From: an uncultured Nitrospinota bacterium
Lineage (GTDB): Bacteria; Tectomicrobia; Entotheonellia; J063; CAVPRW01
DNA length: 64,000 nucleotides
Direction: 5' to 3'
Assembly: GCA_963707985.1 (NCBI GenBank)
Contig: CAVPRW010000046.1
Span: forward strand, 109,579 to 173,578
Part shown: piece by piece, positions 9,957 through 20,559 of the stretch
Numbering within the stretch: position 1 is the stretch's first letter
Layout of the letters: each line of letters starts with the position of its first letter
Translations under genes and position numbers: made by a program
The notes under the pieces: generated by a model
What the model was told of the DNA's origin: nothing
What the model saw: the letters and a program-made list of their open reading frames with translations, nothing else
Databases searched by the model: none

Positions 9957-11522
9957 TTACAACTGGATCAGGAGAATATTGGCAGAGACCAGCGCCTGAA
10001 TCGCAATGGCCAGGCCAAATCCTGTCATCACAGCCGCCGAAGTCAGCGGTAGCCAGCGAGTCATCAGGACCCCGTTCCCCTGGAATCGCTCCATGAGACG
10101 ATGCGCATACACCATCAGGATGCCGATGGCGATCAACACCGCAGCTAGACCGATGCTGAAGGCCACAATCAGCAACAGTCCAAAGCTTACGCGATTCAAC
10201 GACAGGGCACTCAGGAGCACCACAAGCGCCGCGGGACAGGGGACAATGCCACCAGTCACACCCAACGTCAGCAGCTCACGGCGCGAGACTGCCGACGGCG
10301 AATGTTGATGATGGTGCGGGTGATGGTCGTGCGGGTGGGGATGTTCGGCCTTATGCTCATGGACGCCATCATGGTGGTGAACATGGGCGTGAGCATAGCC
10401 GAGTGCATGCGCATGGGAATGGGCATGATCCGATCCGGCATACCTTCGGAGCAGAAGCGACAACCCGAGGCCTGCAATGATCAGCCCGGATGTGACCCCA
10501 AGCCAGGGATAGAGGCGCTCGGGGACGATATAGTGCGACGCAAACAGCGTGATGGCACCCAGGGCGTACACCCCCGCCGTATGCGTGACGGTGACGATCA
10601 AGCCCAATACAAGAGCGTGCCAGGCTGTTCCCCGTGATCCCACCAGATAAGCCGCCACCACGGTCTTGCCATGGCCGGGCTCCAGGGCATGAAAGGCCCC
10701 GAGACCGACGGCAACGGCCAGCGTCACCAGCACGATTCCCAGGCTCAACTGCGGAGCGGTGACCAGTTCGGTGAACGAGCTACGTGGAGACATCTGACGG
10801 TTGGTTTCAAGCCGAACCGGCTCAATACGCGGCCGCATCTCACCTACCACGGAGTCCCCTCCCCCCGCCACGACATCAGGCGCCCTTGACTGCCATGTGA
10901 AGATCACTCGTGCCTCCACATCCTGCGGCGGGCTGTTCAGTAAGTCCGTCGGGTAATCGGCCAACTCCCGGCTGCGGTCACGCTCGGGCACGGTGCTACG
11001 CATCAGCACGATCTCCGGCCCAGTCGTGGCAATGACCTCCTTCCAGCCAGCACGTCCTGGAAAATTCGTGTCCCGAAAGTGCAGCTCATGGGCGGTGGCC
11101 ACGGAGGCATGCTCGAGTGCTGCACGAAAGCGCATCCCCAGCTTGAGGGTGGGTAGACCGCCGGCACCGGGGGGGAACATTACCTCGTTGTCTTCAAATC
11201 TAAGGGGGAGACGCTGACCGTTGAGCTCCAGGATCAGACCGGAGCGCAGGCCATCGACCCGTTGCGCGAGATAGGCTGGCAGGCTCGAATCTCCTACCTG
11301 TGGCACGATCCGCCTGTCCTGAATCTCCTGGAAGGTGGGGATCTCGGCCATATCGATGATATAGCGCAGCAGCACGGCATTCGCTTCGAAACGAATAGCC
11401 GTATAGTGGCTGATACTAAAATTCCCCAACGGGTGGGCCGAGCCGAGATGAGGTATGGTCAGGGCCCCGACGACCGCCAGCGCCGCCAAGTAACGAGACC
11501 AGCGCAGCGGTTTAGTGGTCAT
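9957..11522 (-). CDS. Nickel/cobalt transporter (NiCoT/RcnA-like) with exported N-terminal domain and His-rich loop
   Basis: AHPLGNFSISHY N-domain; HALEPGHGKT, GGIVPCPAAL motifs; poly-His loop. Confidence 0.88.
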   Translation of the reverse strand: MTTKPLRWSRYLAALAVVGALTIPHLGSAHPLGNFSISHYTAIRFEANAVLLRYIIDMAEIPTFQEIQDRRIVPQVGDSSLPAYLAQRVDGLRSGLILELNGQRLPLRFEDNEVMFPPGAGGLPTLKLGMRFRAALEHASVATAHELHFRDTNFPGRAGWKEVIATTGPEIVLMRSTVPERDRSRELADYPTDLLNSPPQDVEARVIFTWQSRAPDVVAGGGDSVVGEMRPRIEPVRLETNRQMSPRSSFTELVTAPQLSLGIVLVTLAVAVGLGAFHALEPGHGKTVVAAYLVGSRGTAWHALVLGLIVTVTHTAGVYALGAITLFASHYIVPERLYPWLGVTSGLIIAGLGLSLLLRRYAGSDHAHSHAHALGYAHAHVHHHDGVHEHKAEHPHPHDHHPHHHQHSPSAVSRRELLTLGVTGGIVPCPAALVVLLSALSLNRVSFGLLLIVAFSIGLAAVLIAIGILMVYAHRLMERFQGNGVLMTRWLPLTSAAVMTGFGLAIAIQALVSANILLIQL

Positions 11523-12837
11523 CGGTCTGCTCCTGGAGCACCGCCGTGGCGAGCTGCGCCTCAATCGCTGTGAGGGTATGCTTCGTCGCCTCGGCATGCA
11601 GGATATGAAAATACGGATTCGTCGCTAGCGCTAGCCGCAGATAGTCGCGCGCCTTCTCGTGCTGCGCCAGGCGATGATGGATCATCCCGGCGTGGAAGAA
11701 CAGCCGCGCATCCTTGGTGCCCAGTTTCAACGCTTCCATCATGGCCGTGAGGGCCTCTTGGGGCTGACCATTCTTATACAATGCCCAGGCCAGGACATCG
11801 AAAGCGTAGACATCCTGTCTGACCTCCAGCTCGCGCTTGGCGAGGTCGAGTGCTTCAGGTAATTTACGGTCGTGATCAGCATAAAAATACGCCAATTCCC
11901 GGTTGTACAGCACCTTGTTGAGCGTATTCAGATAGCCAATGTACTCCACCAGATCGTACTGCTTCTGAGCCTCCTCGGGTCGTCCCAGCTTTGCATAGAC
12001 ATCGCCAAGGGCCGCCGCATAATCGGGCAAGGGTATGATGGCGATGGCTTTGCGGTAGAGATCGACCGCTTCCGGATCACGTTGCTGAGCTGCGCGCACC
12101 TGAGCTAATCCAGCCAAAGCCCGGTAATAGTCCGGATAGGTGTTGAGGGCCTGCAGATAACTCGCTTCTGCTGCCGGCAGCTGGCCCAGGGCCCACAGCT
12201 CATTTCCGAGTTGCCACATGGCCCAAGCGATACTCTCGGGTGGACGTTCCTGTGCTTGCCCGAGTTGAATGGCACGTTCGAGGTCAGCGATGGCGCCTGC
12301 CGTATCCCCTTGCAGACTCTTCAGACCAGATAGGCGGCTGTAGGCATACAAATCTCCCTGCAGTTGGATCATACGCTGATAGGTGTGGGCAGCTGCCTCG
12401 TATTTCCCGACTTCAAGGTACGCATCGCCCAGGATGCCATAGGCATGACTATCGGCGGGATCGAGTGCCACAGCTTTCTGCGCCTGTACAGCGGCTTCGT
12501 CAAAGCCATGCCGCATGTACATGGCATAGGCGAGGTGCCGCGCCGCCCCGCTGTGATCCGGAGCGATCTCCAGGCATTTCTGGAGGGCTTTCTCGGCTAG
12601 ATCGATATACAGGATATCACCGCTCTCCCGAGCTTTTTGCATATAGGCATCGCCCAGGCGATAGTAGACCGTGGCGTCCCGCGAATGGCGTTGGAGCAGG
12701 CGTTGAGCCCTGAGGATGGCGTCATCCGTGGCCGCGGACTGAGCCCACAGCAGGTCTGACGGCATTTCCAGCGACAGTAAAGCCGCGACGATCATCATAG
12801 CCACGTAGCGAAGTGTGTACATCACGAGACCTCCCAT
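11512..12837 (-). CDS. Exported tetratricopeptide repeat protein
   Basis: Signal peptide; multiple TPRs; DVLAWALYKNG. Confidence 0.88.
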   Translation of the reverse strand: MGGLVMYTLRYVAMMIVAALLSLEMPSDLLWAQSAATDDAILRAQRLLQRHSRDATVYYRLGDAYMQKARESGDILYIDLAEKALQKCLEIAPDHSGAARHLAYAMYMRHGFDEAAVQAQKAVALDPADSHAYGILGDAYLEVGKYEAAAHTYQRMIQLQGDLYAYSRLSGLKSLQGDTAGAIADLERAIQLGQAQERPPESIAWAMWQLGNELWALGQLPAAEASYLQALNTYPDYYRALAGLAQVRAAQQRDPEAVDLYRKAIAIIPLPDYAAALGDVYAKLGRPEEAQKQYDLVEYIGYLNTLNKVLYNRELAYFYADHDRKLPEALDLAKRELEVRQDVYAFDVLAWALYKNGQPQEALTAMMEALKLGTKDARLFFHAGMIHHRLAQHEKARDYLRLALATNPYFHILHAEATKHTLTAIEAQLATAVLQEQTDDH

Positions 12838-12892
12838 CTGTACAATGAGCCATGATCTCTTCCCCGTCGTGAGCTCTTTGCCCCCCCACTCC

Positions 12893-12917
12893 GTCCCTCT
12901 CCCGAAGGGAGAGGGAC
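12893..12917. repeat. REP-like palindrome (CCCTCTCCC-N3-GGGAGAGGG)
   Basis: 11-bp stem hairpin; related copies at 33258-33276, 33996-34014 and 34729-34760. Confidence 0.6.
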
Positions 12918-12939
12918 CTGGAGGAGAGCACGACAGGCC

Positions 12940-14439
12940 TTAGCGGCGGCCTCCAATCGGCGTCGGGAGGAAGGGAAACGCGGTGGCAATGCCGTTTGCC
13001 GTGACATCCGGCGTGCCCGGTAACACCTCGCTGAAATTCACCCCATCGCCCAGGCGATTGTGCGGGAATCCCGCCGTTGGCCCTGGAACAAGGACCCCCG
13101 CGACCACGCGGAGAGCAATGTCGGTCACATCATCATTCGGGCGGCGCCCGTTGGGCCAACCGGCTGGGTCGGGGGTTAGGTTGCCTGCCGCATCATGCGC
13201 CAGCACCGTCAAGCGCTTCTGGTCAGCTGCCGGTGTTGGCGAGACCGTGAGATTGAGCCGTAACAGTTCAGAACATGGGTTATGTCTCGAACAGCCATTC
13301 GGACTCTGGCCTTCGTATTGCAGCAGCACCGCGACAAGGTCGCTCCGCGGTGTCGCCGGAATCGGGATGCCGAAGGCCAAGTTCAAGACGGCAGCTAGGC
13401 TGGGATTTTGATAGAACTCGAGGAATTTTACCTCAGCGGCCGGATCGGTCGCGTTCCAGCGATCTTTTTGGCCAGTGCCGATAATCAGCTCATTGACCAG
13501 TGGGTTGGCCATTCTCGCCACTTGCGTGAAATGCCCGGCAGTCTCCGAAGTACCGTCCTTCTTCCGCACCTCCACCTTCCGACGGCTGGTAGAGGCATAC
13601 ATGCCGACAACCGGTGGGAGGGCGGCGATGGGTACCTCGATGGCGATGGTGTTGATGTTCAATTCCTGGAAATCGTTGAGCCCAAAAGGATTGGTCGCGT
13701 CGTCGGCATCCTCGGGATCCGACAACACCGGGGGATTGCGCCGAAAGTTCAGGGTGTCGAAGGTCGAGCCTAGGTCGATATAAAAGGTTTCCTTGCGCTG
13801 TCCTGCAAAGACCCGGATGCCTCCACCGAGGTCGAAGATTCCTTGTGCCGCCAGCGCAGGATAGTTCGGCATTGTCCGGGTACCGACGTTGGATGGCACG
13901 GCGATGAGCGGCTTGCCGCTACTATCGGTGGAGATGTCAAAAAATTCTTGCCCATAGCTATTCACGGCCCGCACGCTGTAGTGCTGCCGCAGCCCGAGCC
14001 CGGCAGAGCCGTCGCCATCGAGGGTCGTAATCGGCGGTGGCAATCCCGGCACGGAATCAACACCGGCATAGGCGATGGGAAGACCGGTGAATGGTGGCCG
14101 AATCTCGGTGCTGAAGCGGAATTGAACAGTGACATCATCCGCCTTGCCATCGGCGTTGAGGTCGAAATGGAAGGCATACAGCACATCGTCATCGAAGTTG
14201 AAGAAGTTTGGCCCCGACGCTGGCACCTGCGACGGGATCACGTTCATAATGAACACGGCTTTGCTCGGGTCCTCCCAGCTGCGAAAGGCATACACGTCCG
14301 TGATGTCCGCCGTCGGGTCGAGGGCGATGAGCGGCGCCTCCCGATGGCTAGCGGCCCAAGTGATTGGCGCGCTAGTGGCGATCATCAGCCCCGCCATCAG
14401 TGCGGCGATGATGCGAAAGGTCCGATGCGTCTTATCCAT
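12940..14439 (-). CDS. DUF4331 domain exported protein
   Basis: Signal peptide then ASHREAPLIALDPTADITDVYAF; RMANPLVNEL; GWPNGRRPNDDVTDI. Confidence 0.9.
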   Translation of the reverse strand: MDKTHRTFRIIAALMAGLMIATSAPITWAASHREAPLIALDPTADITDVYAFRSWEDPSKAVFIMNVIPSQVPASGPNFFNFDDDVLYAFHFDLNADGKADDVTVQFRFSTEIRPPFTGLPIAYAGVDSVPGLPPPITTLDGDGSAGLGLRQHYSVRAVNSYGQEFFDISTDSSGKPLIAVPSNVGTRTMPNYPALAAQGIFDLGGGIRVFAGQRKETFYIDLGSTFDTLNFRRNPPVLSDPEDADDATNPFGLNDFQELNINTIAIEVPIAALPPVVGMYASTSRRKVEVRKKDGTSETAGHFTQVARMANPLVNELIIGTGQKDRWNATDPAAEVKFLEFYQNPSLAAVLNLAFGIPIPATPRSDLVAVLLQYEGQSPNGCSRHNPCSELLRLNLTVSPTPAADQKRLTVLAHDAAGNLTPDPAGWPNGRRPNDDVTDIALRVVAGVLVPGPTAGFPHNRLGDGVNFSEVLPGTPDVTANGIATAFPFLPTPIGGRR

Positions 14440-14625
14440 CTTTGCTTCCCTCCGATCCAGCCACATTGCCGTTGACATGAGCGCGTGGGCGTTCGAATCC
14501 CGTGCTTCTCTACCTATTAAGCTCGCAGGAGGGGGTGGAACGCCTTCGCGATGCTTACAGCGCCGACAGCCCAAGCCAAGAGTGCCGGCGTATGCACGGC
14601 ATGATGACTACAGGTGTCATCTCCC

Positions 14626-14653
14626 TCTACGTTTGGTGTAATGGTTTGGATTG
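14626..14653 (-). promoter_or_regulatory. Candidate ECF (SigK-like) promoter for the DUF4331 operon
   Basis: CAATCC-16 bp-CGTAGA, resembling xxATCC...CGTA promoters of SigK-like ECFs. Confidence 0.5.
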
Positions 14654-14703
14654 TTGCGGCGACAAAAAAATTGGGGCGCTAGTCCCCGGTCCATGGTACA
14701 AAA

Positions 14704-15264
14704 ATGGACATGGCTGCTGATCTGTCGGACAATCCGATCGCTCTTTTGCAGCAGATGGCGCGTGGCGATGGTGAAGCGTTCAGGCGTTTTTATGATCGTT
14801 ACGCCTCGCTGGTCTTCACCTTTGCCATCCGCCTTCTGGGCTCCCGCTCGGACGCGGAAGACCTGTTACAGGAGGTGTTTCTGCAGGTGTGGCGTCAGGC
14901 CCAGAGCTATAGTCCGGAGCGCGGCAGCCCAGAGGCATGGCTCATCACCATGACGCGTAGTCGAGCAATCGATAAGTTACGTTCGCTTCGTAGAAGAGAT
15001 GAAAGGCCGTTATCTCCAGACGACCTGCTGCCCCTCGAAGGGGAGAGGCAAATAGCGCCTCCAACCCACGCGTCAGAGGCCAAGCTCACGCTGCAAGGGG
15101 TCCTGGCTAAACTTCCGGAGGCGCAACGGACCGTGCTGGAGTTGGCATATTTTGATGGATTGACCCAGTCTGAGATCGCGTCTCACCTCAGAGAGCCTCT
15201 CGGGACGGTGAAGACCCGGATACGGGCTGGGCTCGAGCGTCTCCGGGGATTCCTGGGGGCATAA
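14704..15264 (+). CDS. ECF RNA polymerase sigma factor (SigK-like)
   Basis: AEDLLQEVFLQVW..AWLITMTRSRAIDKLR; AYFDGLTQSEIA..PLGTVKTRIR. Confidence 0.92.
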   Translation: MDMAADLSDNPIALLQQMARGDGEAFRRFYDRYASLVFTFAIRLLGSRSDAEDLLQEVFLQVWRQAQSYSPERGSPEAWLITMTRSRAIDKLRSLRRRDERPLSPDDLLPLEGERQIAPPTHASEAKLTLQGVLAKLPEAQRTVLELAYFDGLTQSEIASHLREPLGTVKTRIRAGLERLRGFLGA

Positions 15265-15281
15265 CCTACTGGCAGGTTGCT

Positions 15282-16238
15282 ATGAATCACCAGGTTGACA
15301 TGAATCACCAGGATTGGCTGGCGCAGGCAGGCATCTATGCGCTTGGGGCATTGGACAGCGACGAGCTTCTCGCCTTTGAAGCCCATCTGGCTGCGGGTTG
15401 CCCCGAGTGCGAAGCGCACCTACGCCAGACGCGTGAGGCCCTCACCCTTCTGCCGCATGCACTCGAGCCGATCACTCCGCCGGCGACGGTCAGAGCACGA
15501 CTGCTGGCACAGATCGCCGCCGAGGCTGCCATGCCGCAACCGATCACGCGTCTCCCCAGGCGGCCGTGGTGGAGGATGGGGGTGAGCGCATTGGCGGCGG
15601 CCGGCTTGCTCGTGGCCTTGAGCGTCAAGCTCTATCAAATGCGGCAGGAGGTGCAGCACCTCCAGGGGCAAGTGGCGACGCTACAAGCCACGATCACGGA
15701 CCGAGAAGCGGCCCTCGCGGCTGAGCGGCATGAACTGCAACGCGCCACCGAGCTGGTGGCGAGCCTGCGGGCAGAATTGGCCAAACGTGAGGAAACACTT
15801 GAGGCGGACCGACGCGAACGCGAGCGTATCGAGCGCGTCGTGGCGACGATGCAGGGTGAGATCGTCGAGCGCGAAGCGGCGCTTCGCCTACTCTCGACTC
15901 CACAGGTAAGCTTGGTGCGCTTGACTGGGCTGTCGCCTAGCCCACGCGCCAACGCTCATCTGCTATGGAACCCTGCCGCACAAACAGGCGTGCTGTCGAC
16001 CTCCGGTCTGCCCCAAATCCCACGCGACCGAGTCTACGAGTTGTGGGCGTTTGCCGGTAACGAACCCGTACCGGCGGGGATTTTCCAGGTGGATGAGGCG
16101 GGTCACAGCTTCCTACGACTGCCATCCCTGCCACCTCCGCCAAGAGGCAAGCGCTATGGCAAGTTTGCCGTGACCAGCGAACCGGCCGGCGGTGTGCCCA
16201 AACCCACCGGCCAAGTGCATCTGTTGGGAAGCTTATAG
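15282..16238 (+). CDS. Anti-sigma-K factor RskA-like protein
   Basis: YALGALD..FEAHLAAGCPEC, TM helix, coiled coil, YELW...FAVTSEPAGGVPKPTG. Confidence 0.88.
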   Translation: MNHQVDMNHQDWLAQAGIYALGALDSDELLAFEAHLAAGCPECEAHLRQTREALTLLPHALEPITPPATVRARLLAQIAAEAAMPQPITRLPRRPWWRMGVSALAAAGLLVALSVKLYQMRQEVQHLQGQVATLQATITDREAALAAERHELQRATELVASLRAELAKREETLEADRRERERIERVVATMQGEIVEREAALRLLSTPQVSLVRLTGLSPSPRANAHLLWNPAAQTGVLSTSGLPQIPRDRVYELWAFAGNEPVPAGIFQVDEAGHSFLRLPSLPPPPRGKRYGKFAVTSEPAGGVPKPTGQVHLLGSL

Positions 16239-16264
16239 TCGGCAAGCCCCAACGTTGGTGCGGC

Positions 16265-17276
16265 TCAGCGACAGAATGGCAGCACGCGTTCCCCGAAGAG
16301 CCTGAGAGCTTGCAGGATGTTTGCATGCGGTGGTCCGCCTGAGTGGGCATGGCGGAGCCGCAGCAGAAAATAGTCCGCCCCCGTGGCTTCATGCCAGCGC
16401 TGGAATTCGCGTACACACGTCTCGGGATCACCAAGAATGAGGCGATTAGGGGCCAGGTTCTCCAAGGTAAACTCGACTTCGGGTCCGATGCTGCGGAACT
16501 CTGCGAGGCGGTTCTGCCAGTAGTAGCGATAGGCGGTCATGACCTCCGGTCCATACACTGCCGCGGCCTCAGCATGGGTCTCGGCCACCCAGGCGTCCCG
16601 CATCAGTACCACTTGGGGTTGACGTCCAACCCCAAGGGCGGCCTGCCGGTAGGTGTTGATCAGGCGCAGTGTGCTCTCCAGAGTCGGCGCTAGGGGTCGC
16701 CACGAAGGCGTCGCCGAGGTGTCCGGCCCGGCGTACGGCAGTAGGAACACTGGCGCCAATCCACAGCGGCGGAGTCGGCGTTTGGTACGGCCGGGGGTGG
16801 ATGCGTATATTGTCCAGTTGGTAGTGCCGGCCATGAAACGTGAAGGGCTCGCCACTCCAGCACTTGCGGATGATCTCGACCCCCTCCTCGAACAGCGCCA
16901 CGCGGTGTTCCATGGGGACGGCGAACGCCTGAAAGTCGGCAGCTTGATAGCCGATCCCAACGCCCAGGATGACACGTCCTTTGGAGACGAGATCGAGCGT
17001 GATCACATCCTCCGCCAGGTGCACCGGGTGATGCAGGGGTAGGAGAATCACCGAGGTGCCGACGTTCAACCGGCGCGTCTGGGCTGCCACCGCCGTCGCT
17101 ACAATCAGCGGTGAGGGTAGGAACCCATCTTTGTCCTGATGGTGCTCGCCAAAGAAGCAGGCATCAAACCCACACTCCTCAGCGAGCTGAGCTTCGGCGA
17201 TGACCTCGTCGATGCAACGATCTAAATGCTCCCCGCGTGGCGGGTTGGCAATCGAGCTATAGATGCCGAATTTCAT
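16265..17276 (-). pseudogene. LLM-class flavin-dependent oxidoreductase, +1 frameshift near 16685
   Basis: MKFGI..GEHH..PSPL..AEDVITLD..GRVILGVG in one frame; C-terminal GDPETC..LRLFGERVLP in another. Confidence 0.8.
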
Positions 17277-17614
17277 GCGGTGCCTCCATTCTTGTGCGGG
17301 CAGTCAGCTTGTCCCTGGCAGACGCGACATGCTTCCCCGCTATGGTACTGTGTGCATTCGGCATGTGGCTAGCACGAAATCAATCCATCTGTTATGAGTA
17401 TCCATGCTCAGTGGATGCCCCAAGCATGATGTCATCGAAGTGGGGACCTGGTGTCGGCCCCCAGTGCGGAACCAAGGAACCTTATTGGCCATGGTCGCAC
17501 CTCGTTTCCTTCTTTGGCACCAAAACTCCCCACAACAGCCTGTCTCATCGTCATTTGTGGTGAGCCGGAGTGTGGCGGGTACATTCTCCTGGTATCGCGT
17601 GGCCGCATGGCGCT

Positions 17615-17940
17615 CACTTGCCAGTGGTCTCTGCTCTCCACGCCTTCAGAGCATGGCCCCGGCGCTCCCGAACCAGTGCCAGAAAGGTGTGGATCAGGGG
17701 ATAGGCGCTCGCGAAACCTGGATCCATCTGGCAGAGCGGGTCGAGATACGGTCGTGCCTCCACGGAGCACTTCGCGGCTGGACAGACGACGGCGAAGGAG
17801 ACGGCACGGGCAGACGGCTGATGCCCAGCTGGCGTGCGATGGTAGCTAACGGCACCCCTTGTGTTCGAAGCGCCTGCACCTCCTCATCGGTCGCGACCCA
17901 TCCGGCATGCCGGGACCGCTGTCCCATCCCCGCTATATAG
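17615..17940 (-). mobile_element. ISL3-family transposase fragment
   Basis: EEVQALRTQGVPLATIARQLGISR HTH and FLALVRERRGHALKAW segments. Confidence 0.55.
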
Positions 17941-18669
17941 GCCTCACGGGCACCGAGGTATCTTCAACGGTGACGTCCGCATGGCAGATCCCGTCGGTGA
18001 GTGGGAGTAGTCCAGTGATCAAGGGCTGGCGGGGAAGGGGCATAGCCAGAGGCTGGTATATCCGCAAATCGTCTCCGCGGATTTGAACGATTTCATCTGC
18101 AAAATATCTCTGGTCAGCCTATCATTGACACTCGCGGGAGGGAAGCATCGGCCCGTGGGAGGGTGCATTACGCCCCTCGTGAGTTGATTTCTCTTGATTT
18201 TTCTGGCATTTCCTCTAAGCTGACGTGGCATTGTGAGTTCTCGGGCATTCCTCGCTGCTGTGGAGCGGACACCCCTTGAGAGCGTCAAAAATGCATGTGT
18301 GTGGCCAAACATGGCTAGGACTTCCCTGACGCTGGTGGGGCATTGCGCCGACTCACCGGCACCTCTCCTCAGGCCGACGCCTGCCACGGGCCATGAGGCC
18401 GAAATCCTTGATGTATCAGACCGTATATGGGCTGTGATGCCGGCATCTGTCCATCTCGGCGGCCCCAACGGAAGATGAGATCCCTCTCTTGTACAGGGCT
18501 GCTGGGAGGGTGATGTGGAATCATTCCTATAAACTCAATCATTAGGCATCATCGTCAGGGACGGAGGTGGAACACACCTGTTCTCCTCGACCCAGAGGCA
18601 ACAGGGCTTTATCCTCCAAGACGCATCAATCACGGTTGAGCTCACGATGACTAGAGGGGGGAATGTGCA

Positions 18670-19704
18670 ATGACGCAGATGCTGCACTCACGTCGAAGTG
18701 TCCTGAAGGGTCTGGCCGGTGCGGCCAGCACCGCCTTCTTCGGCCGCGCCTTCGCGCTGGCGCAAACCAAGCCCGAGGTTGGCAGCCTCGTGGTGGCGCC
18801 GCAGTTTGGCATCATTTATCTGCCGCTGCACGTCATCAAGGCAGAGAAGCTGATCGAGAAGCATCTGACGAAGAACGGCCTGCCGAACAGCAAGGTGGTC
18901 TGGGTGCAGACGACCGGAGGCGCGGCCGCCAACGAGGCGCTCCTGTCGGGCAACGTGCACATCGTCTCGGCCGGCTCCCCACCCCTCCTCACCATCTGGG
19001 ACAAAACCCAGGGCAACGTGAAGGGCATCGGCTGCTTCGACGCGATGGCACTCTATCTCAACACCATCAATCCGAGCGTGACGACCCTCAAAGATTTCAC
19101 GGATAAGGACCGCATCGCCCTGCCCGCGGTGAAGGTCTCGGCCCAGGCCATGGTGTTGCAGATGGCCTGCGAGAAGGCGTTCGGCGCCGGCCAGCACGCC
19201 ACGCTCGATCACCTGACCGTGTCGATGGCGCATCCGGACGCTACGGCGGCGCTGCTCTCAGGCATGTCGGAGATTACGGCGCACTTTGCCAGCGCGCCGT
19301 TCATGTTCCAGCAGCTCGAGGATCCGAAGGTGAAGAAGGTGCTCAGCTCCTTCGACGTGCTGGGTGGCCCGACGACAGGCGCCTCAGCCTACACGACGTC
19401 GACGTTCCGCAACGACAACCCGCGCACCTACAAAGCGTTCGTTGACGCCCTGACCGAAGCGCATGAGTTCATCCAGAAGAACCGCGGCCCGTCGGTGAAG
19501 ATCTACATCGACGAGGAGAAGTCGAAGCTGTCCGAGGCCTTTATCGGCAAGATGCTCGACAGCCCGGATATCCAGCACACGATTGTGCCGCGCAACACCC
19601 TCAAGTACGCTGAGTTCATGTACCAGGTGGGCTCGCTCCGGAACAAGCCGGCCTCATGGAAGGACTATTACTTCCCCGACATTCACGGGGTGATGGGCAG
19701 CTAA
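18670..19704 (+). CDS. NitT/TauT-family ABC transporter substrate-binding protein (Tat signal)
   Basis: SRRSVLK Tat motif; DRIALPAVKVS, HPDATAALLSG..HFASAPF. Confidence 0.9.
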   Translation: MTQMLHSRRSVLKGLAGAASTAFFGRAFALAQTKPEVGSLVVAPQFGIIYLPLHVIKAEKLIEKHLTKNGLPNSKVVWVQTTGGAAANEALLSGNVHIVSAGSPPLLTIWDKTQGNVKGIGCFDAMALYLNTINPSVTTLKDFTDKDRIALPAVKVSAQAMVLQMACEKAFGAGQHATLDHLTVSMAHPDATAALLSGMSEITAHFASAPFMFQQLEDPKVKKVLSSFDVLGGPTTGASAYTTSTFRNDNPRTYKAFVDALTEAHEFIQKNRGPSVKIYIDEEKSKLSEAFIGKMLDSPDIQHTIVPRNTLKYAEFMYQVGSLRNKPASWKDYYFPDIHGVMGS

Positions 19705-19743
19705 GGCGGCGCCGTCCGACTGCGGCAGAGGGGAGAGGAGCGG

Positions 19744-20559
19744 ATGGACGCACGCACGGCGAAGGGGGCCAAGGGGCCCCTGCTCGAGGTTGATGGGGTG
19801 ACGCTGCAGTATAAGACGCGCGAGCACCTCATCACCGCGACCTACCGGGTCAGCTTTCAGGTCTGGCCCTCGGACCGCTTCGTGCTGCTGGGGCCTTCAG
19901 GCTGCGGCAAATCGACGCTGCTCAAGGCTGTCGCGGGCTTCATGACGCCGGTCGAAGGGACGATGCGGCTCGGCGGCCGGGTCATCGAGCGGCCCGGCCC
20001 CGACCGCATGATGGTGTTCCAGGAGTTCGACCAGCTGCTGCCCTGGAAGACGGTGCAGCAGAACGTAATGTTCCCGATACTCATCTCGGGCCGCTTCGCG
20101 CGCCCCGAGGCCGAGCAGCGGGCGCTCACCTACATCAACAAGGTGCATTTAACCGAGTTCAGGGATGCCTACCCCCATACACTGTCCGGCGGCATGAAGC
20201 AGCGCGTGGCCATTGCACGCGCCATGGCCATGGAGCCCGATATCCTGCTCATGGACGAGCCCTTTGCCGCACTCGACGCGCTGACCAGGCGCCAGATGCA
20301 GGAGGAGTTGCTGCAGCTCTGGGAGGACACGCAGTTCACGGTGCTGTTTGTCACCCATTCGATCGAGGAGGCGATCATCGTCGGCTCGCGTATCCTCGTG
20401 CTCTCGCCCCATCCGGGTCAGGTCAAGGCCGAGCTCAACGCCCACGCCTTCGACCACGCGGCGCAGGGGGGGCGCGCGTTCCAGACGCTCCAGCAGCGCC
20501 TACACACCATGCTGTTCGCCGAGCGTATCGAGACGGAGAAGGTGCGGACCGATGGCTGA
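19744..20559 (+). CDS. NitT/TauT-family ABC transporter ATP-binding protein
   Basis: GPSGCGKST, LSGGMKQRVAIAR, LLMDEPF, FVTH. Confidence 0.93.
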   Translation: MDARTAKGAKGPLLEVDGVTLQYKTREHLITATYRVSFQVWPSDRFVLLGPSGCGKSTLLKAVAGFMTPVEGTMRLGGRVIERPGPDRMMVFQEFDQLLPWKTVQQNVMFPILISGRFARPEAEQRALTYINKVHLTEFRDAYPHTLSGGMKQRVAIARAMAMEPDILLMDEPFAALDALTRRQMQEELLQLWEDTQFTVLFVTHSIEEAIIVGSRILVLSPHPGQVKAELNAHAFDHAAQGGRAFQTLQQRLHTMLFAERIETEKVRTDG

